A stretch of DNA of 64,000 nt from an uncultured Candidatus Rokubacteria bacterium (lineage in GTDB: Bacteria > Methylomirabilota > Methylomirabilia > Rokubacteriales > DASRDR01): NCBI GenBank assembly GCA_963826115.1, contig CAWGVS010000012.1, forward strand, positions 608,001-672,000, in the 5' to 3' direction. A program made the position numbers and the translations under genes. The notes under the pieces are model-generated. The model did not search any database, was not told the DNA's origin, and saw only the letters and a list, made by a program, of their open reading frames with translations. Positions 19,610 to 30,334 of this stretch are shown piece by piece (position 1 is the stretch's first letter; each line of letters begins with the position of its first letter).

Positions 19610-20885
19610 GGATCTCGGCGAGCGTGGCGTCGAAGGCATCGAGAAACGCCTCCGCATGCTCCTGAGCGAACACCAGCGGCGGACGAATCTTCACCACGTT
19701 GGCGAAGGCGCCAGCGTTGCCGGTGAGGAACCCCTTGTCCTTGAGGCGATTGACGACCTCGATCGCCATATCCTGATCGGGTGTCTTGCTGTCCTGGTCC
19801 GCTACCATCTCGATGCCGATGAAGAGCCCGTGACCACGAACGTCGCCGATCGCCGCACAGCGTGCCTTACGCTCGACGAGCGCCTGTTTCAGCGCGGCGC
19901 CGACCGTGGCGGCGTTCTCGCGCAGCTTCTGCCGTTCGATCTCGTCCAGCACCGCCATCCCAACCGCCGCCTGCAGCGGGCTCGATGCGAAGGTGTTGAA
20001 GTAGCGTGTCGCGGCACGATATCTGTCGATCAGCGACCTGCTGGCAGCGGTGGCCGCTAGAGGCAGGCCGTTGCCCATGGGTTTGCCGGTGACGACGATA
20101 TCCGGCGTGAACCCGGTGACCTCGTACCCCCACCAGCATCCGGTGCGGCAGTAGCCGGCCTGCACCTCGTCGGCAATCACCAGTCCGCCAGCCGCGCGCA
20201 CTATCTCCGCCGCCCGCGCCATGAAGCCGTGCGGTACGTCGGGCAGGCCCTCGTTGGCAAAGATCGAGCAGACGATCAGGCCGGCAAAGCCCACGCCCTC
20301 CGCTTCGAAGCTGCGAATGGTCCCTTGCAGCCGGTCGAGATGCGCATCGGCGAGTTCGGACTCGCTCGCGCCCGGCACGAGCGGGCGAAACAGCTCGGGG
20401 AAGGAGATGGCGCGCACGTCGCTGCCCGCGGGCTGATCGAGTGGCGCCCGGTTCAACCTGGCGACCGCCTCGCTGTTGCCGTGATACGTGGCGTTGGTGC
20501 AGACAATGCCGCGCTTGCCGGTGGCAAGCCGCGCCATGCGCAGGGCGACCTCGACGGCCTCGGTTCCAGAACAGCTGAACACCACGCTCTCGATCGGGGC
20601 GGTGTGGAGGCTCGTGAGGCGTTCGGCAAACTCGACGATGCCCTCGTGCAGATAGCGGCTGTGGACGTTGAGCGTGCCCTGCTGGCGGACCATGGCCTCG
20701 ACGACGTGCGGATTGGCGTGACCCACGCAGGGCACGTTGTTGTACATGTCCACGTAGCGCCTGCCGTCGACATCAAACAAGTAGATGCCATCGCCGCGGA
20801 CGATGTGCAGTGGCTTCGTGTAGAAGAGCCGCGCGCCGGCGCCTAGCGCCTGCTCACGGCGTGTGACGAGCTCGCTGTAGGACAT
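19602..20885 (-). CDS. Class III PLP aminotransferase / phospho-lyase-like protein
   Basis: DMYNNVPCVGH, DEVQAG, PDIVVTGKPMGNG, YFNTF and NVVKIRPPL motifs. Confidence 0.93.
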   Translation of the reverse strand: MSYSELVTRREQALGAGARLFYTKPLHIVRGDGIYLFDVDGRRYVDMYNNVPCVGHANPHVVEAMVRQQGTLNVHSRYLHEGIVEFAERLTSLHTAPIESVVFSCSGTEAVEVALRMARLATGKRGIVCTNATYHGNSEAVARLNRAPLDQPAGSDVRAISFPELFRPLVPGASESELADAHLDRLQGTIRSFEAEGVGFAGLIVCSIFANEGLPDVPHGFMARAAEIVRAAGGLVIADEVQAGYCRTGCWWGYEVTGFTPDIVVTGKPMGNGLPLAATAASRSLIDRYRAATRYFNTFASSPLQAAVGMAVLDEIERQKLRENAATVGAALKQALVERKARCAAIGDVRGHGLFIGIEMVADQDSKTPDQDMAIEVVNRLKDKGFLTGNAGAFANVVKIRPPLVFAQEHAEAFLDAFDATLAEIHG

Positions 20886-20994
20886 CGGTCACCTCCCATT
20901 CCCTCCGGCGGTCTGACAGTTCATGTAGCGTGCTCTACTGCACAATAATGGACTTCTGCGAGAGAGGCGCTCCCGCGAAAAGACACCGGCACAA

Positions 20995-21023
20995 CTCCGC
21001 CGGCAGTAAGCCTGCCGGCGGAG
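20995..21023. other. Perfect 12-bp inverted repeat
   Basis: ctccgccggcag-taagc-ctgccggcggag. Confidence 0.7.
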
Positions 21024-21412
21024 CGGGGGGTTGAGGCAAGCTGCCTGGGAGCCATAGTGATGGATGTGCGGAGTGTCCTCCGACCGCGAGCCGCTACTCC
21101 ACCTTCTCAGTGCCCTGCATCGCCGGACGGCTAGGGTCCACGATGTAGCGGATGCGTGGAAGCGTCAGGTCGCACACCGTGGCGGTGGCCGCGACGGGAT
21201 ACACCGGCTCCAATCCCCTGCCATCCACGCCTCCGCCGCGAAGGCGTCCAATTGCGGGCGGACCCGGTCGGCGCGGCAGAAGGTGTATTCCGGGTCCACC
21301 TGCACCAACCGCGGCCGCTCCTGCCTATCGGCGTGCACCCGAGCGAGATGCATGTTCGCGGTGTATTGCACGTCCCCACCGGAGATTGCCTGCGGGTCGA
21401 GCGCATAGGAAC

Positions 21413-21703
21413 AAGCGGGTGTTGAAGAGTGCCGGACTCCCGCTCCACTTTTCCCCCCATGGGCTTCGGCACACCTTCGCCTCGTTGCTGCTCCAGCAGG
21501 GCGAAAGCCCGGCCTATGTCCAGCGGCAGCTGGGCCACGCCTCGATTCAGCTCACGGTGGACACCTACGGGCGCTGGCTCCCGATGGGCAACCAGGCGGC
21601 CGTGGACCGACTGGACGAGCCAACTGGTAGCAAAATGGTAGCAAAAACAGAATCGGGGGATCCCGGTGTCCCGGAACCCCCCGATTTGAATGGTGAGCCG
21701 TGA
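21413..21703 (+). pseudogene. Tyrosine recombinase/integrase C-terminal remnant
   Basis: HGLRHTFAS (HxxR), LGHASI and catalytic DTY; no N-terminal part; stop codon lies inside the att core. Confidence 0.93.
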
Positions 21704-21861
21704 AGGAATCGAACCTTCAACCTACTGATTAAGAGGTGGTTCCGGGGCCGAACTCCTCCGCACTGAGGAGAGCTAGAACCACGAATCTTCTGCGCGGCCG
21801 CGTGATGGATGTGCGCCTGCGTGTGGTGGAGTTCGGTGGAGTTTGGCACTGGCATGTCACC
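21626..21861 (-). repeat. att-like unit 6: L2 (GGTAGC pair + variant hairpin) + tRNA-Lys 3' half (21691-21735, exact) + arm RA
   Basis: Direct sequence match. Confidence 0.95.
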
Positions 21862-21959
21862 GCGGATTCGAGCCTCCCAAGAGGAAACGACCGGCGGCTC
21901 CGCCGGCTGGTCGCGAAGGTCCTCCATACGATCGAGGCGCGCCCTCTCCCAAGAATTTG

Positions 21960-21985
21960 TCTCTCTCTCTCTCTCTCCCTCTCTC
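21960..21985. repeat. (CT)n microsatellite
   Basis: tctctctctctctctctccctctctc. Confidence 0.8.
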
Positions 21986-22036
21986 AGAACCGACGGCCCG
22001 CCAGAGTAGCGTCCCGTCGACCCGCAGGGTACCACG

Positions 22037-22621
22037 CTAGAACGGCCCGGGCCTTCCCAGCATCCCCCGAAGGAGGTCGGCTTGGCCGATGTGCTCGTAG
22101 TTGTGGGTGAGCGGGAGGTACACGAGACAGTAGCCTCGGGTCATCCCGGCCCACAACTCCTGGATACGTGAGGCCAGCGGGCCGGCAAGCATCCCCTCGT
22201 CGACGATGGCCCGCCCGAGTTCCTTCGGGCTAATCACGGTGTCCAGGGTGTCTGGCGTCAGCACGCCCACGACCGCAGCGGTCCGCTCCCCCACGGCCGC
22301 CCAGTAGGCCTGAAGCGCGCCCAGGTCGATCGTCTCGCAGAGCTGGTCGACCTCGGCCATAGTCATGCCCTCACCCATGTCGCGTCGCGCGACCTTGAGC
22401 CGCCTGGCCCAGGTGGCGTCGAGAACCTGCGGTCCAGTCGCAACCAGCAGGTTCACGGCGGTGTCCTCCGCGCGAGCCATGTGCCAGAGAAGCCACGCCA
22501 GGGGGTTGGTGGCGGGATGGACGTGTCCGCGGACCTGCTCGTCGGTCAGCCCTTCCGTCAGTCCATCGACCCGCGTGTGCATGCGGACGTGGCGCGCGAG
22601 GAACATCTGGGTCGCCTCCAT
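22037..22621 (-). CDS. DinB-family protein
   Basis: GGAGG RBS; NPLAWLLWHMARAED...HNYEHIGQ His motif. Confidence 0.88.
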   Translation of the reverse strand: MEATQMFLARHVRMHTRVDGLTEGLTDEQVRGHVHPATNPLAWLLWHMARAEDTAVNLLVATGPQVLDATWARRLKVARRDMGEGMTMAEVDQLCETIDLGALQAYWAAVGERTAAVVGVLTPDTLDTVISPKELGRAIVDEGMLAGPLASRIQELWAGMTRGYCLVYLPLTHNYEHIGQADLLRGMLGRPGPF

Positions 22622-22711
22622 GACTCGACCTCCTGGGGCAACGGCTTGATCCACCTGCCACCCCCGCTACGAAGCATCGGTTTGCCTCATCAGCCCTGGA
22701 CACCAGAGAAC

Positions 22712-25700
22712 TCAGCCCGCCTGCCCGAGTGCCGCCTCAGCCTTCTCCAGCCAGAAGCCCATGTCCATCTCGCGGTACATGGTCATTGCGGTGGTGAGGT
22801 GCTCGCGGGCTCTCGCTCGATCGCCTGTCTGGAGGTAGTGCTTGCCAAGGCCGAGGTGGCAGTGGGCCAGCTCCGGACGCATCGACAGCTCCGTCGCGAG
22901 GTCAAGCAGTCGACCCCAATCCAAGAGCGCCTCCTCGCTCGGAGGCTGTTTCCCCTGGAGGGCGAGCGCTTCGGCGCGAAGCCGGCCGAGGGGCACGTGG
23001 TAGGCGCGCGCGCCGTCCATCGTCGCGAGCGCGAGTCCTCGCGCGGCTGTCGCCTCCGCTTCCTGAAGGAGGCCGGCGGCCAGATACGCGCCTGCCAGCA
23101 TGACCCCGTACCGGGTCGTAATCTTCACCTGCGGCCCGAGCGTGTCACCCATGCGCTCCAGCGCACGCCTCAGTGCGCTCATGCCCTCATCGCGCTGGCT
23201 CAGCAAGAGGTGGGACAATCCGAGCCCCAGTCCGTTAGGACCTCTGGACCTCTCGCTGGCAAGCCCGTGCTCGAACGCGCGCGCGGCGGCTTGGATGTGG
23301 CCCCGCATCAGGAGGACGTAGCCGGCGTGCGCCCCGGCGAGCCCCTGGCTCGGCGGGTGGCGCAGCTCGCTCGCGATGCGCTGGGCCTCGCCCGCCGCGG
23401 CGAGGGCGGGACCGAACTCGCCGAGCGCCGCGTACGCCTCGGCCTCCCAGGCGCGAATGCTCGCTCGGATGGGAAGCACCAGCCCGGCAACTTCCGCGTC
23501 AACCGGCACCGTCGTGAACAGGCTCACGCCGGCGTCGAACTCCTGGATGGCATCATGGAAGCGTCCGCGGGCGAGGGAGGCGGCCCCCACGAGGAACTGC
23601 GCATAGCTCCGCGTCCGGAGGTCATCGGGAGCCGCCAGCGCAAATGCCTCCCGCGCCCGCTCGATCGCCTCCTCCAGATGGCCCGGTCCCGACCACAGCA
23701 TCCACAGACCCTGGGCCTCTTTTACGCGGATCTGGGCGAGCCGCTCGCGGTCATTCAGCGCCCGCGCCAGCGCGTCGGCTTGGACCATCAGCTTTTTGTA
23801 CCCTTCGAACTTCTCCTCGAATTGACTGGATTCGTGGCGCGCGGTCAGGAGCTCGAGATAGGCATCCAGTTTCAGTGTCAGGTCAGCATCGTCGCCCTGT
23901 TGGTCCAGGGCGCGGATCGCGGTCTCGTAGAAGCCGACGCCGCTCTCGTATCGCGCTTCCGCGATGGCCCGTCGCCCGGCGAGATGGAGATACTGCGCGG
24001 CGCGGGCCCACTCCTCGCCCTTCAGCGCATGGTGGGCGAGGCGCTCCGCGTACAGCGAGAGGCGGCCGTGGCCCGCGTGCTCCATGGCGGCCAGGACTCG
24101 CGCGTGCAGGGCGCGCCGCCGGTCGTGGAGCAGGCTTCCGTAGGCCACCTCGTGGGTCAGCGCGTGCTTGAACGTGTACACCGGCTCGGGGAACACGCTC
24201 GTCTCGTACAGGAACTCGGCGGCCTGGAGGTGCGCCAGTCCGCGCCGAAGGTCCTCCTCGCGCATCTCGGCGACCGCCTGAAGCACGGCCTCGGGCACGT
24301 CCTTCCCGATGACCGCGGCGGTCTGGAGGAGTCGCTTCTCCTCTGGCGGCAGTCGGTCGATCCGCGCGGCCAGCACGGCCTGCACCGTAGCCGGCACCTG
24401 GATGGCGGTGGTGGGTCCGCCCAATCGGTAGGCGCCTCGGCCGCCGACGAGTGCGCCCGTCTCGACCAGGGTGCGGGCGCTCTCCTCCAGGAAGAACGGA
24501 TTCCCCTCGGTGCGCTCAATCAGGAGTCGAGTCAGCGGCTGAAGGCTCGGTTCGTCCCCGAGCAGCGCCCGAAGGAGCTCCGCGGCACTCTCCGGGGGCA
24601 GGGAGTCCAGGCGGAGTTGCGTGTAGTAGGTCTTGCGGCCCCAGCGGTGCTCGTACTCCGGGCGGTAGTTCACGAGGAGCATCAGCCGCGTCGCCGGGAG
24701 GCTCTCGACCAGGCCGTCCAGGAGCCCTTGCGTCTCGTCGTCGATCCAATGGAGGTCTTCGAAGACGACAAGGACCGGCCGATCCTGGGCCTCCCGCAGG
24801 AGAAGCCGTTTGAGCCCGTCCAGTGTGCGCTGCCGACGCTGGGGTGCGTCGAGCGTCCGCCAGGCGGCCTCCTCGACCGGCACCTCCAGGAGCGAGAGGA
24901 GGGACGGCAACAGCGGCTCCAGCGCGCGGTCCAGCGTCAGGATCTTCCCCGTCACCTTCTCCTGTATCCTCCGGGGTTCATCCAGAACCTCGACCTGGAA
25001 GTAGCCCTTGAGGAGGTCGATGACCGGCAGGTAGGGAGTCGCCTTCCCGTAGGAGCTGGACCCCGCCTCCACGATGAGCCACCCGTGGGTCCGGTGGGAG
25101 TGCGTCACCTCCCAGACCAGTCGCGACTTCCCGACGCCTGGCTCCCCGACGAGGGCGACCACCTGACCGGATCCCGCAGCCGCTCGACCGATGGCCTGGC
25201 GCACCTGTTCCAGCTCCGCCGTCCGGCCGATGAACCGGGTGAGGCCGCGGGCCGCCGCCACGTGCAGCCTCGAGCGAAGTGGCCCGGCTCCTGTCATCTC
25301 ATAGAGGTCGACCGGCGCGCTCAGGCCCTTGACCGGCACCGGGCCGAGCGGCGTGACCGCGATGAACCCTTCCGCGAGACGGAGCACGTCAGCGGTCAGA
25401 AGGGTCGTGTCGGGCTTGGCCAGCTGCTCCAGGCGCGCGGCCAGGTGCGTCGTCTGACCGACCGCCGTGTAGTCCATCCGCAGATCGCTGCCGATGGCGC
25501 GCACGACCACCTCGCCCGAGTTCAGGCCGATGCGGACCTGGATCACGACACCGTGACGCCGCCGTACCTCCTCGGCATCGCGACGAATCGCCGCCTGCAT
25601 GGCGAGGGCGGCGTAACACGCCCGCACGGCGTGGTCCTCGTGGGCCACCGGCGCCCCGAAAAGCGCCATGATGCCGTCGCCCATCACCTGGTTCACCGTC

Positions 25701-26089
25701 CCCTCGTACCGGTGGACGGCTTCCATCATCCGCTCGAGCACCGGATCCAGGAGCTTCCGCGCGTCCTCGGGGTCCCGGTCGGCCAATAGCTCCATCGAGC
25801 CCTTGAGGTCCGCGAAGAGGACCGTTACCTGCTTGCGTTCGCCCTCGAGGGCGCTCTTCGAGGTGAGGATCTTCTCAGCGAGGTGCTTGGGGGTGTACGT
25901 CTCGGGTGAGACGTACCGGGTGTGTGTCGAGACCGGCCCCGTAACAGCGTGAGCGCATTCCGAGCAGAACTTGGCCTCCGGAGAGACCTGGGTGCCGCAG
26001 TTCGGGCACGTCCGCTCGAGCGGAGCGGCGCATTCCTCACAGAACTTTGCCTGGGAGCGATTGTCATGCTGGCACCGGGGACACTGCAT
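22712..26089 (-). CDS. Double zinc-ribbon + class III adenylate/guanylate cyclase + AAA + TPR protein
   Basis: CPRC..FCEEC..CPNC; ERKQVTVLFADLKGS; GDGIMALFG; GEPGVGKS; FEDLHWID; EGNPFFLEE. Confidence 0.95.
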   Translation of the reverse strand: MQCPRCQHDNRSQAKFCEECAAPLERTCPNCGTQVSPEAKFCSECAHAVTGPVSTHTRYVSPETYTPKHLAEKILTSKSALEGERKQVTVLFADLKGSMELLADRDPEDARKLLDPVLERMMEAVHRYEGTVNQVMGDGIMALFGAPVAHEDHAVRACYAALAMQAAIRRDAEEVRRRHGVVIQVRIGLNSGEVVVRAIGSDLRMDYTAVGQTTHLAARLEQLAKPDTTLLTADVLRLAEGFIAVTPLGPVPVKGLSAPVDLYEMTGAGPLRSRLHVAAARGLTRFIGRTAELEQVRQAIGRAAAGSGQVVALVGEPGVGKSRLVWEVTHSHRTHGWLIVEAGSSSYGKATPYLPVIDLLKGYFQVEVLDEPRRIQEKVTGKILTLDRALEPLLPSLLSLLEVPVEEAAWRTLDAPQRRQRTLDGLKRLLLREAQDRPVLVVFEDLHWIDDETQGLLDGLVESLPATRLMLLVNYRPEYEHRWGRKTYYTQLRLDSLPPESAAELLRALLGDEPSLQPLTRLLIERTEGNPFFLEESARTLVETGALVGGRGAYRLGGPTTAIQVPATVQAVLAARIDRLPPEEKRLLQTAAVIGKDVPEAVLQAVAEMREEDLRRGLAHLQAAEFLYETSVFPEPVYTFKHALTHEVAYGSLLHDRRRALHARVLAAMEHAGHGRLSLYAERLAHHALKGEEWARAAQYLHLAGRRAIAEARYESGVGFYETAIRALDQQGDDADLTLKLDAYLELLTARHESSQFEEKFEGYKKLMVQADALARALNDRERLAQIRVKEAQGLWMLWSGPGHLEEAIERAREAFALAAPDDLRTRSYAQFLVGAASLARGRFHDAIQEFDAGVSLFTTVPVDAEVAGLVLPIRASIRAWEAEAYAALGEFGPALAAAGEAQRIASELRHPPSQGLAGAHAGYVLLMRGHIQAAARAFEHGLASERSRGPNGLGLGLSHLLLSQRDEGMSALRRALERMGDTLGPQVKITTRYGVMLAGAYLAAGLLQEAEATAARGLALATMDGARAYHVPLGRLRAEALALQGKQPPSEEALLDWGRLLDLATELSMRPELAHCHLGLGKHYLQTGDRARAREHLTTAMTMYREMDMGFWLEKAEAALGQAG

Positions 26090-26293
26090 ACCGGGCCCCT
26101 CTCCCTTGGCGGAGCGCGGCCAGCGTAGCACGGCCAAGCCACAGGCCACCCTGCCCCCAGTCTGCACGACGGTCCGTCCACCAGTCGCCTGGCGCCGACG
26201 AGTGCCACAAATCTCGTGAGACTTCACACTTAGTCGGGGGCCCGATACCTCGCGATCCTAGAGCGGCCAAAGAACCGCGCTACTGGTCAGGAT

Positions 26294-26530
26294 GGTAGCG
26301 GGATGGTCGCAAAGACAGGATCAGGGGGCGCCGGTTACCCGGCAACCCCCTGATTTTGATGGTGAGCCGTGAAGGAATCGAACCTTCAACCTACTGATTA
26401 AGAGGTGGTCGCGGACCCGAACTCCTACGCACTCAGGAGCGCTAAGGCTACGAATCTTCTGCGTAGCCGCGTGATGGATGTGCGCCTGCGTGTGGTGGAG
26501 TTCGGTGGAGTTTGGCACTGGCGTGTCACC
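26294..26530 (-). repeat. att-like unit 7: L2 + tRNA-Lys 3' half (26360-26404, exact) + arm RA
   Basis: Direct sequence match. Confidence 0.95.
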
Positions 26531-26625
26531 GACGCTCCGGATGTGACGGGGCCCGGGCGCGAGGAGCCCCGGCCTCGCCGACTGCGACGGCGGCTGGCTC
26601 GAGGGCGAGGCCCAGGAGCGACGTC

Positions 26626-26706
26626 AAGCGCCGTGAGGCGACCTGTTCTCGTCTCACGGTGCCTTCGCGTGAATTGGAGCCGGCCTGGAACCAGAATCCG
26701 ACGCCA
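26626..26706. repeat. ~80-bp segment homologous to 32881-32960 (distal part of the RB arm)
   Basis: aagcgccgtgaggcgacctgtt...tggaaccagaatccgacgcca in both places. Confidence 0.88.
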
Positions 26707-26988
26707 TACGCCTTCCCGGGGACATCGCCACCCGACGGAAGCAGCCCGCGCTCCGTGGGGCTCGGTCACGGCGCTGGGTGGCCACAGATCCAACGCCCTG
26801 AGACGGAGCGAGCCGTCTGCCACCTCGAGGACTCGCATGCCGCGCCCTCACCGGCCGGGCCGCCCGCCTGGCAGTGCGGGGCGACCAGCAGAAGTGCGTC
26901 CGGTCGTCAGCAAGCTTTCCCCTTCTGTGGGCGCCGTGCCACCATGGCCCATGGGTGGTTCCGCTCCTCATCCAGCATTGGAGGTCCT

Positions 26989-27519
26989 ATGGCTGCGATT
27001 CTTCGAGGGCGATCGATGCGGACGGCGTTACCCGTCTCCGTTCGGATCAGCACGCCGGACATCGAGATCTTCGATCTCGGCAGGACAGTCGATCGGGTCG
27101 CCCTGCAAAAGGGCACTCACCGTCTCATCGTCGGACGGCTCATGGGCGGGTGCTGTTGGAGCTTGCTGCGGGCACGCCTCAAAGATGGATTCGTCGTCGG
27201 GATCGAGGTCGAGCGGTGCAAGGACTCGGCGCCCGTCGACAAGCGGATCGCCGGTGTCCTGCAGCGCGCGGTACGCACGCTCGCTCGGCGAGCGCATCGC
27301 GGCGCTCAACCGGTCCCGATCCGGGAATTCCTGAACCCCACCGCGATGAAGCGGATCGCGTCGAATCTCGTGGTCGAGCACTGCTTCGAGGTCTGTATCA
27401 CCACGATAGGCGCACCCGAACCACGGGAGAAGTGCTACCTCTGCTGTGCCACCATCTGGTTCATCGAGACCGGCGGCCCCAGACCGAAACGGATCACCCG
27501 GTGGTGCCTTCCGTTCTAA
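26989..27519 (+). CDS. Hypothetical Cys-rich protein (176 aa)
   Basis: GGAGG RBS + ATG; GGCC, HCFEVC, CYLCC and WC. Confidence 0.7.
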   Translation: MAAILRGRSMRTALPVSVRISTPDIEIFDLGRTVDRVALQKGTHRLIVGRLMGGCCWSLLRARLKDGFVVGIEVERCKDSAPVDKRIAGVLQRAVRTLARRAHRGAQPVPIREFLNPTAMKRIASNLVVEHCFEVCITTIGAPEPREKCYLCCATIWFIETGGPRPKRITRWCLPF

Positions 27520-27694
27520 CGTCCGCTGCGGATATGCGTCGCGTGGGGACGCGGTCGGCATCGCTCAGCCGAGGTTCGAGAACACCTTCGGGACGTCGTC
27601 ATCCTGCTCGAGCGCATCCACGAATTTCGGGATCAAGGTCGAGTCTGGCGCGAATCATTACGCGATCGTCGGGACTATCGCGATCTCCACCGTC

Positions 27695-27814
27695 ATGCCG
27701 ATCGGAACGAACCACTGTGTGGAGACAAGGGAAGAGACGGTCATTCAGCTCCACGGGATCGGTCCGTGGGACGTCACGTACGTCAATCCGGAGGACGATC
27801 CGCGGAAGCGATAG
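27695..27814 (+). pseudogene. Cupin-domain protein C-terminal remnant
   Basis: MPIGTNHCVETREETVIQLHGIGPWDVTYVNPEDDPRKR*. Confidence 0.7.
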
Positions 27815-27917
27815 CGCGCGGGGGCCTTGGCGTCGCTTGGGCCAACTTCGCGGTGCAACCAAAGGCGCTTCGCGCCGCGGCTGACGGCAAGCGTTGATGT
27901 GACTCCCGTCCGTCTAG

Positions 27918-28055
27918 AACGTGCTGGGGGTGCCGCTCGCGGCGGGGATCCTCTATCCGGTGCTGGGTCCCCTGCTGAGCCCGATGGTCGCGAGCGCCGC
28001 GATGACGTTCAGCTCGGTCTCGGTGATCGCCAACGCGCTCCGCCTCCGCCGCGCG
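27918..28055 (+). pseudogene. Heavy-metal (CopA-type) P1B-ATPase C-terminal remnant
   Basis: [14 protein letters not shown]...[26 protein letters not shown]. Confidence 0.88.
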
Positions 28056-28279
28056 CGGCCCTCTCAGCCGAGGGCGGGGTTCTGCCAGGCTTCTCCCGAC
28101 TGGCGCGTCCGGCCGGGATCGGCTAGAGTCCCGCCGTCCCGGCGAGACCTTGGCCGGGTCAACGGGCGCGTTCGAGCGGCACTCCTGAGCGAGTAACGAG
28201 GGTCCGGCCAGGGCGCCGGCCCTCGATCGGTCATATAGAGACCTCCAAAAAGGCCTGTGCCCCCAGGTGGGAGGTGCAT

Positions 28280-29294
28280 ATGATCCCGTCGAGCCTCGGC
28301 CGTTACACCCGCCGCGACTTCCTCAGAACCAGCGCCCTGGCCGTGACCGGCCTCGGGCTCGCCGCTCGACCGGCCTGGGCCGAGCCGCCGCCCGAGGTGC
28401 GGACGCTCAAGCTCAGCAAGGAGCCCTACGCCTGCCTCGCGCCCCAGTACGTGGTCGATGAGTTCCTGGCGGCCGAGGGCTTCGCGCGGCGTGCAGCGCG
28501 TGGACGTTGGCGAGGGGTCGACGTTCAAGCTCATCGTCAAGGGCGAGCTCGACTTCATGCTCGATACGTCCTGCTCGATCGTCACCAATATCGACGCCGG
28601 TGAGCCTGTCGTCACGCTCGCCGGGCTTCACGGCGGGTGCTTCGAGCTGTTTGGGACCGACCGGGTCCGCTCGATCCGTGACCTCAAGGGGAAGACGGTC
28701 GGCCTCCTGTCGGAGGATGCCCCGGAACGCATCCTGGTCTCGGCGATGGCCGCCTACGTGGGGCTCGACCCCCGGCGGGACATCAAGTGGGCGGCTCATC
28801 CCTTCGAGGAGACGAAGCGGCTCCTGGCCGAGGGCAAGCTGGACGCCTACATGGCCTTCCCTCCGGAGCCGCAGGAGCTCAGGGCGAAGCGGATCGGTCG
28901 GGTCATCGTCAACACGACGACGGATCGGCCCTGGTCGGAGCATTTCTGCTGCATGGCGGTCGGGAGCCGCGAGTTCGTCGGGAAGTATCCCGTGGCCACG
29001 AAGCGCTTCCTGCGCGCGATCCTCAAGGCAACCGATCTCTGCGCCCGCGAGCCCGACCGGGTCGCCCGCTACCTCGTCGACAAGGGCTATACGACGAATC
29101 TCGAGTACACCAACCAGACCCTCCGGAATGTCACATACACGAAGTGGCGGACGGACAGCCCCGAGGCGACGCTCCGCTTCTACGCGCTGCGGCTCCGCGA
29201 CGTCGGCATGATCAAGGCGACCCCGCAGAAGATCCTCGCCCAGGGCACCGACTGGCGCTTCCTCAACGAGCTGAAGAAGGAGATGAAGGGATGA
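28280..29294 (+). pseudogene. NitT/TauT-type ABC substrate-binding protein with Tat signal; frameshift near 28485
   Basis: TRRDFL...EPPPEVRTL in one frame, continuing as AGLHGGCFELF...DRPWSEHFCC in another. Confidence 0.85.
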
Positions 29295-30285
29295 TTCGCC
29301 GGCGTCAGTTCCTGAAGGCGGTCGCGGCCGGCTCCACGGGATTCGTGCCGCTCGCGCCGCGGCTCACGGTGGCCGGGCCGCCGCCTGAGACGACCACGGT
29401 GAGGCTGTTGCAAATTGCTAGTGCTTGTCAGGGACCGCTGCACGCAGCCGAAGAGCTCTTGCTGGCCGACGGATTCACCCATGTGGAGTACGTCAAGACA
29501 GAGTTGGCCTCCGTCTTCAAACCCCTGGCCTCTGGCGAAGCGCACTTTGCCCTGTATTTCGGCGCCGACCTAGTCAGGCAGATCGACGCCGGCGACCCGA
29601 TCGTGACGGTGGCGGGTCTCCATGTCGGGTGCTTCGAGCTCTTTGGCGGCCCCGGCGTCCGGACTGTCAGAGACCTGAAGGGCAAGACGGTCTCCACACC
29701 AGGGCTAGAAAGCCCCCAACAGAAGTACATCGCCAGCATGGCGGCATACGTGGGAGTGGACCCGCAAAAAGACATCAACTGGGTGGCCCATGGCTCGGCG
29801 GAAGCCGCCCAACTCCTCGCGGCCGGGAAAATTGATGCTCTGATGGGGTTCGCGGAGCTCGCGCAGGAACTTCGAGCCAAGAAGATCGGCCACGTTGTGG
29901 TCAACAGCACCATCGACCGGCCGTGGTCGCAATACTTCTGCTGCATGGTGGTTGGAAATCGAGAGTTCGTCCAGAGGTCCCCGGTCGCCACGAAACGCAC
30001 AGTGCGGGCCATCTTGAAGGCGAATTCCATCTGCTCGTTAGAGCCAGACCGGATCGCGCGGCTCCTCGTAGCCAAGGGCGTCGCAACCAGCTACGACTAC
30101 ACCCTCCAGACGATCAAAGAGCTTCCTTACGCGCGGTGGCGTGAGTACCAGCCCGAAGACACGATACGTTTTTACGCTCTTCGCCTCCATGAGGCGGGCA
30201 TGGTCAAGTCGAGCCCGCAGAAAATCATCACCCAGGGGACCGACTGGCGGTCCTCAACGAGCTGAAGAAGGAGCTGAAGGCGTAG
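29291..30285 (+). CDS. Second NitT/TauT-type substrate-binding protein; 1-nt frameshift near the C-terminus
   Basis: RRRQFL; GLHVGCFELF; DRPWSQYFCC; TDWR(F)LNELKKELKA split at ~30251. Confidence 0.87.
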
Positions 30286-30334
30286 GGGAAAACGAGCTGA
30301 ATCGGAAACTGAAAGGCTAGGGGAAGGAAGGTTC

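Noticed and set aside
21960-21985. (CT)n tract as a phase-variation switch
   Set aside because: It lies downstream of the DinB gene and not in a credible ORF or promoter.
22481-25789. Very long alternative ORFs (also 46176-49487, 57662-61729, 58411-63753)
   Set aside because: These are antisense or alternate-frame shadows of well-supported genes in high-GC DNA.
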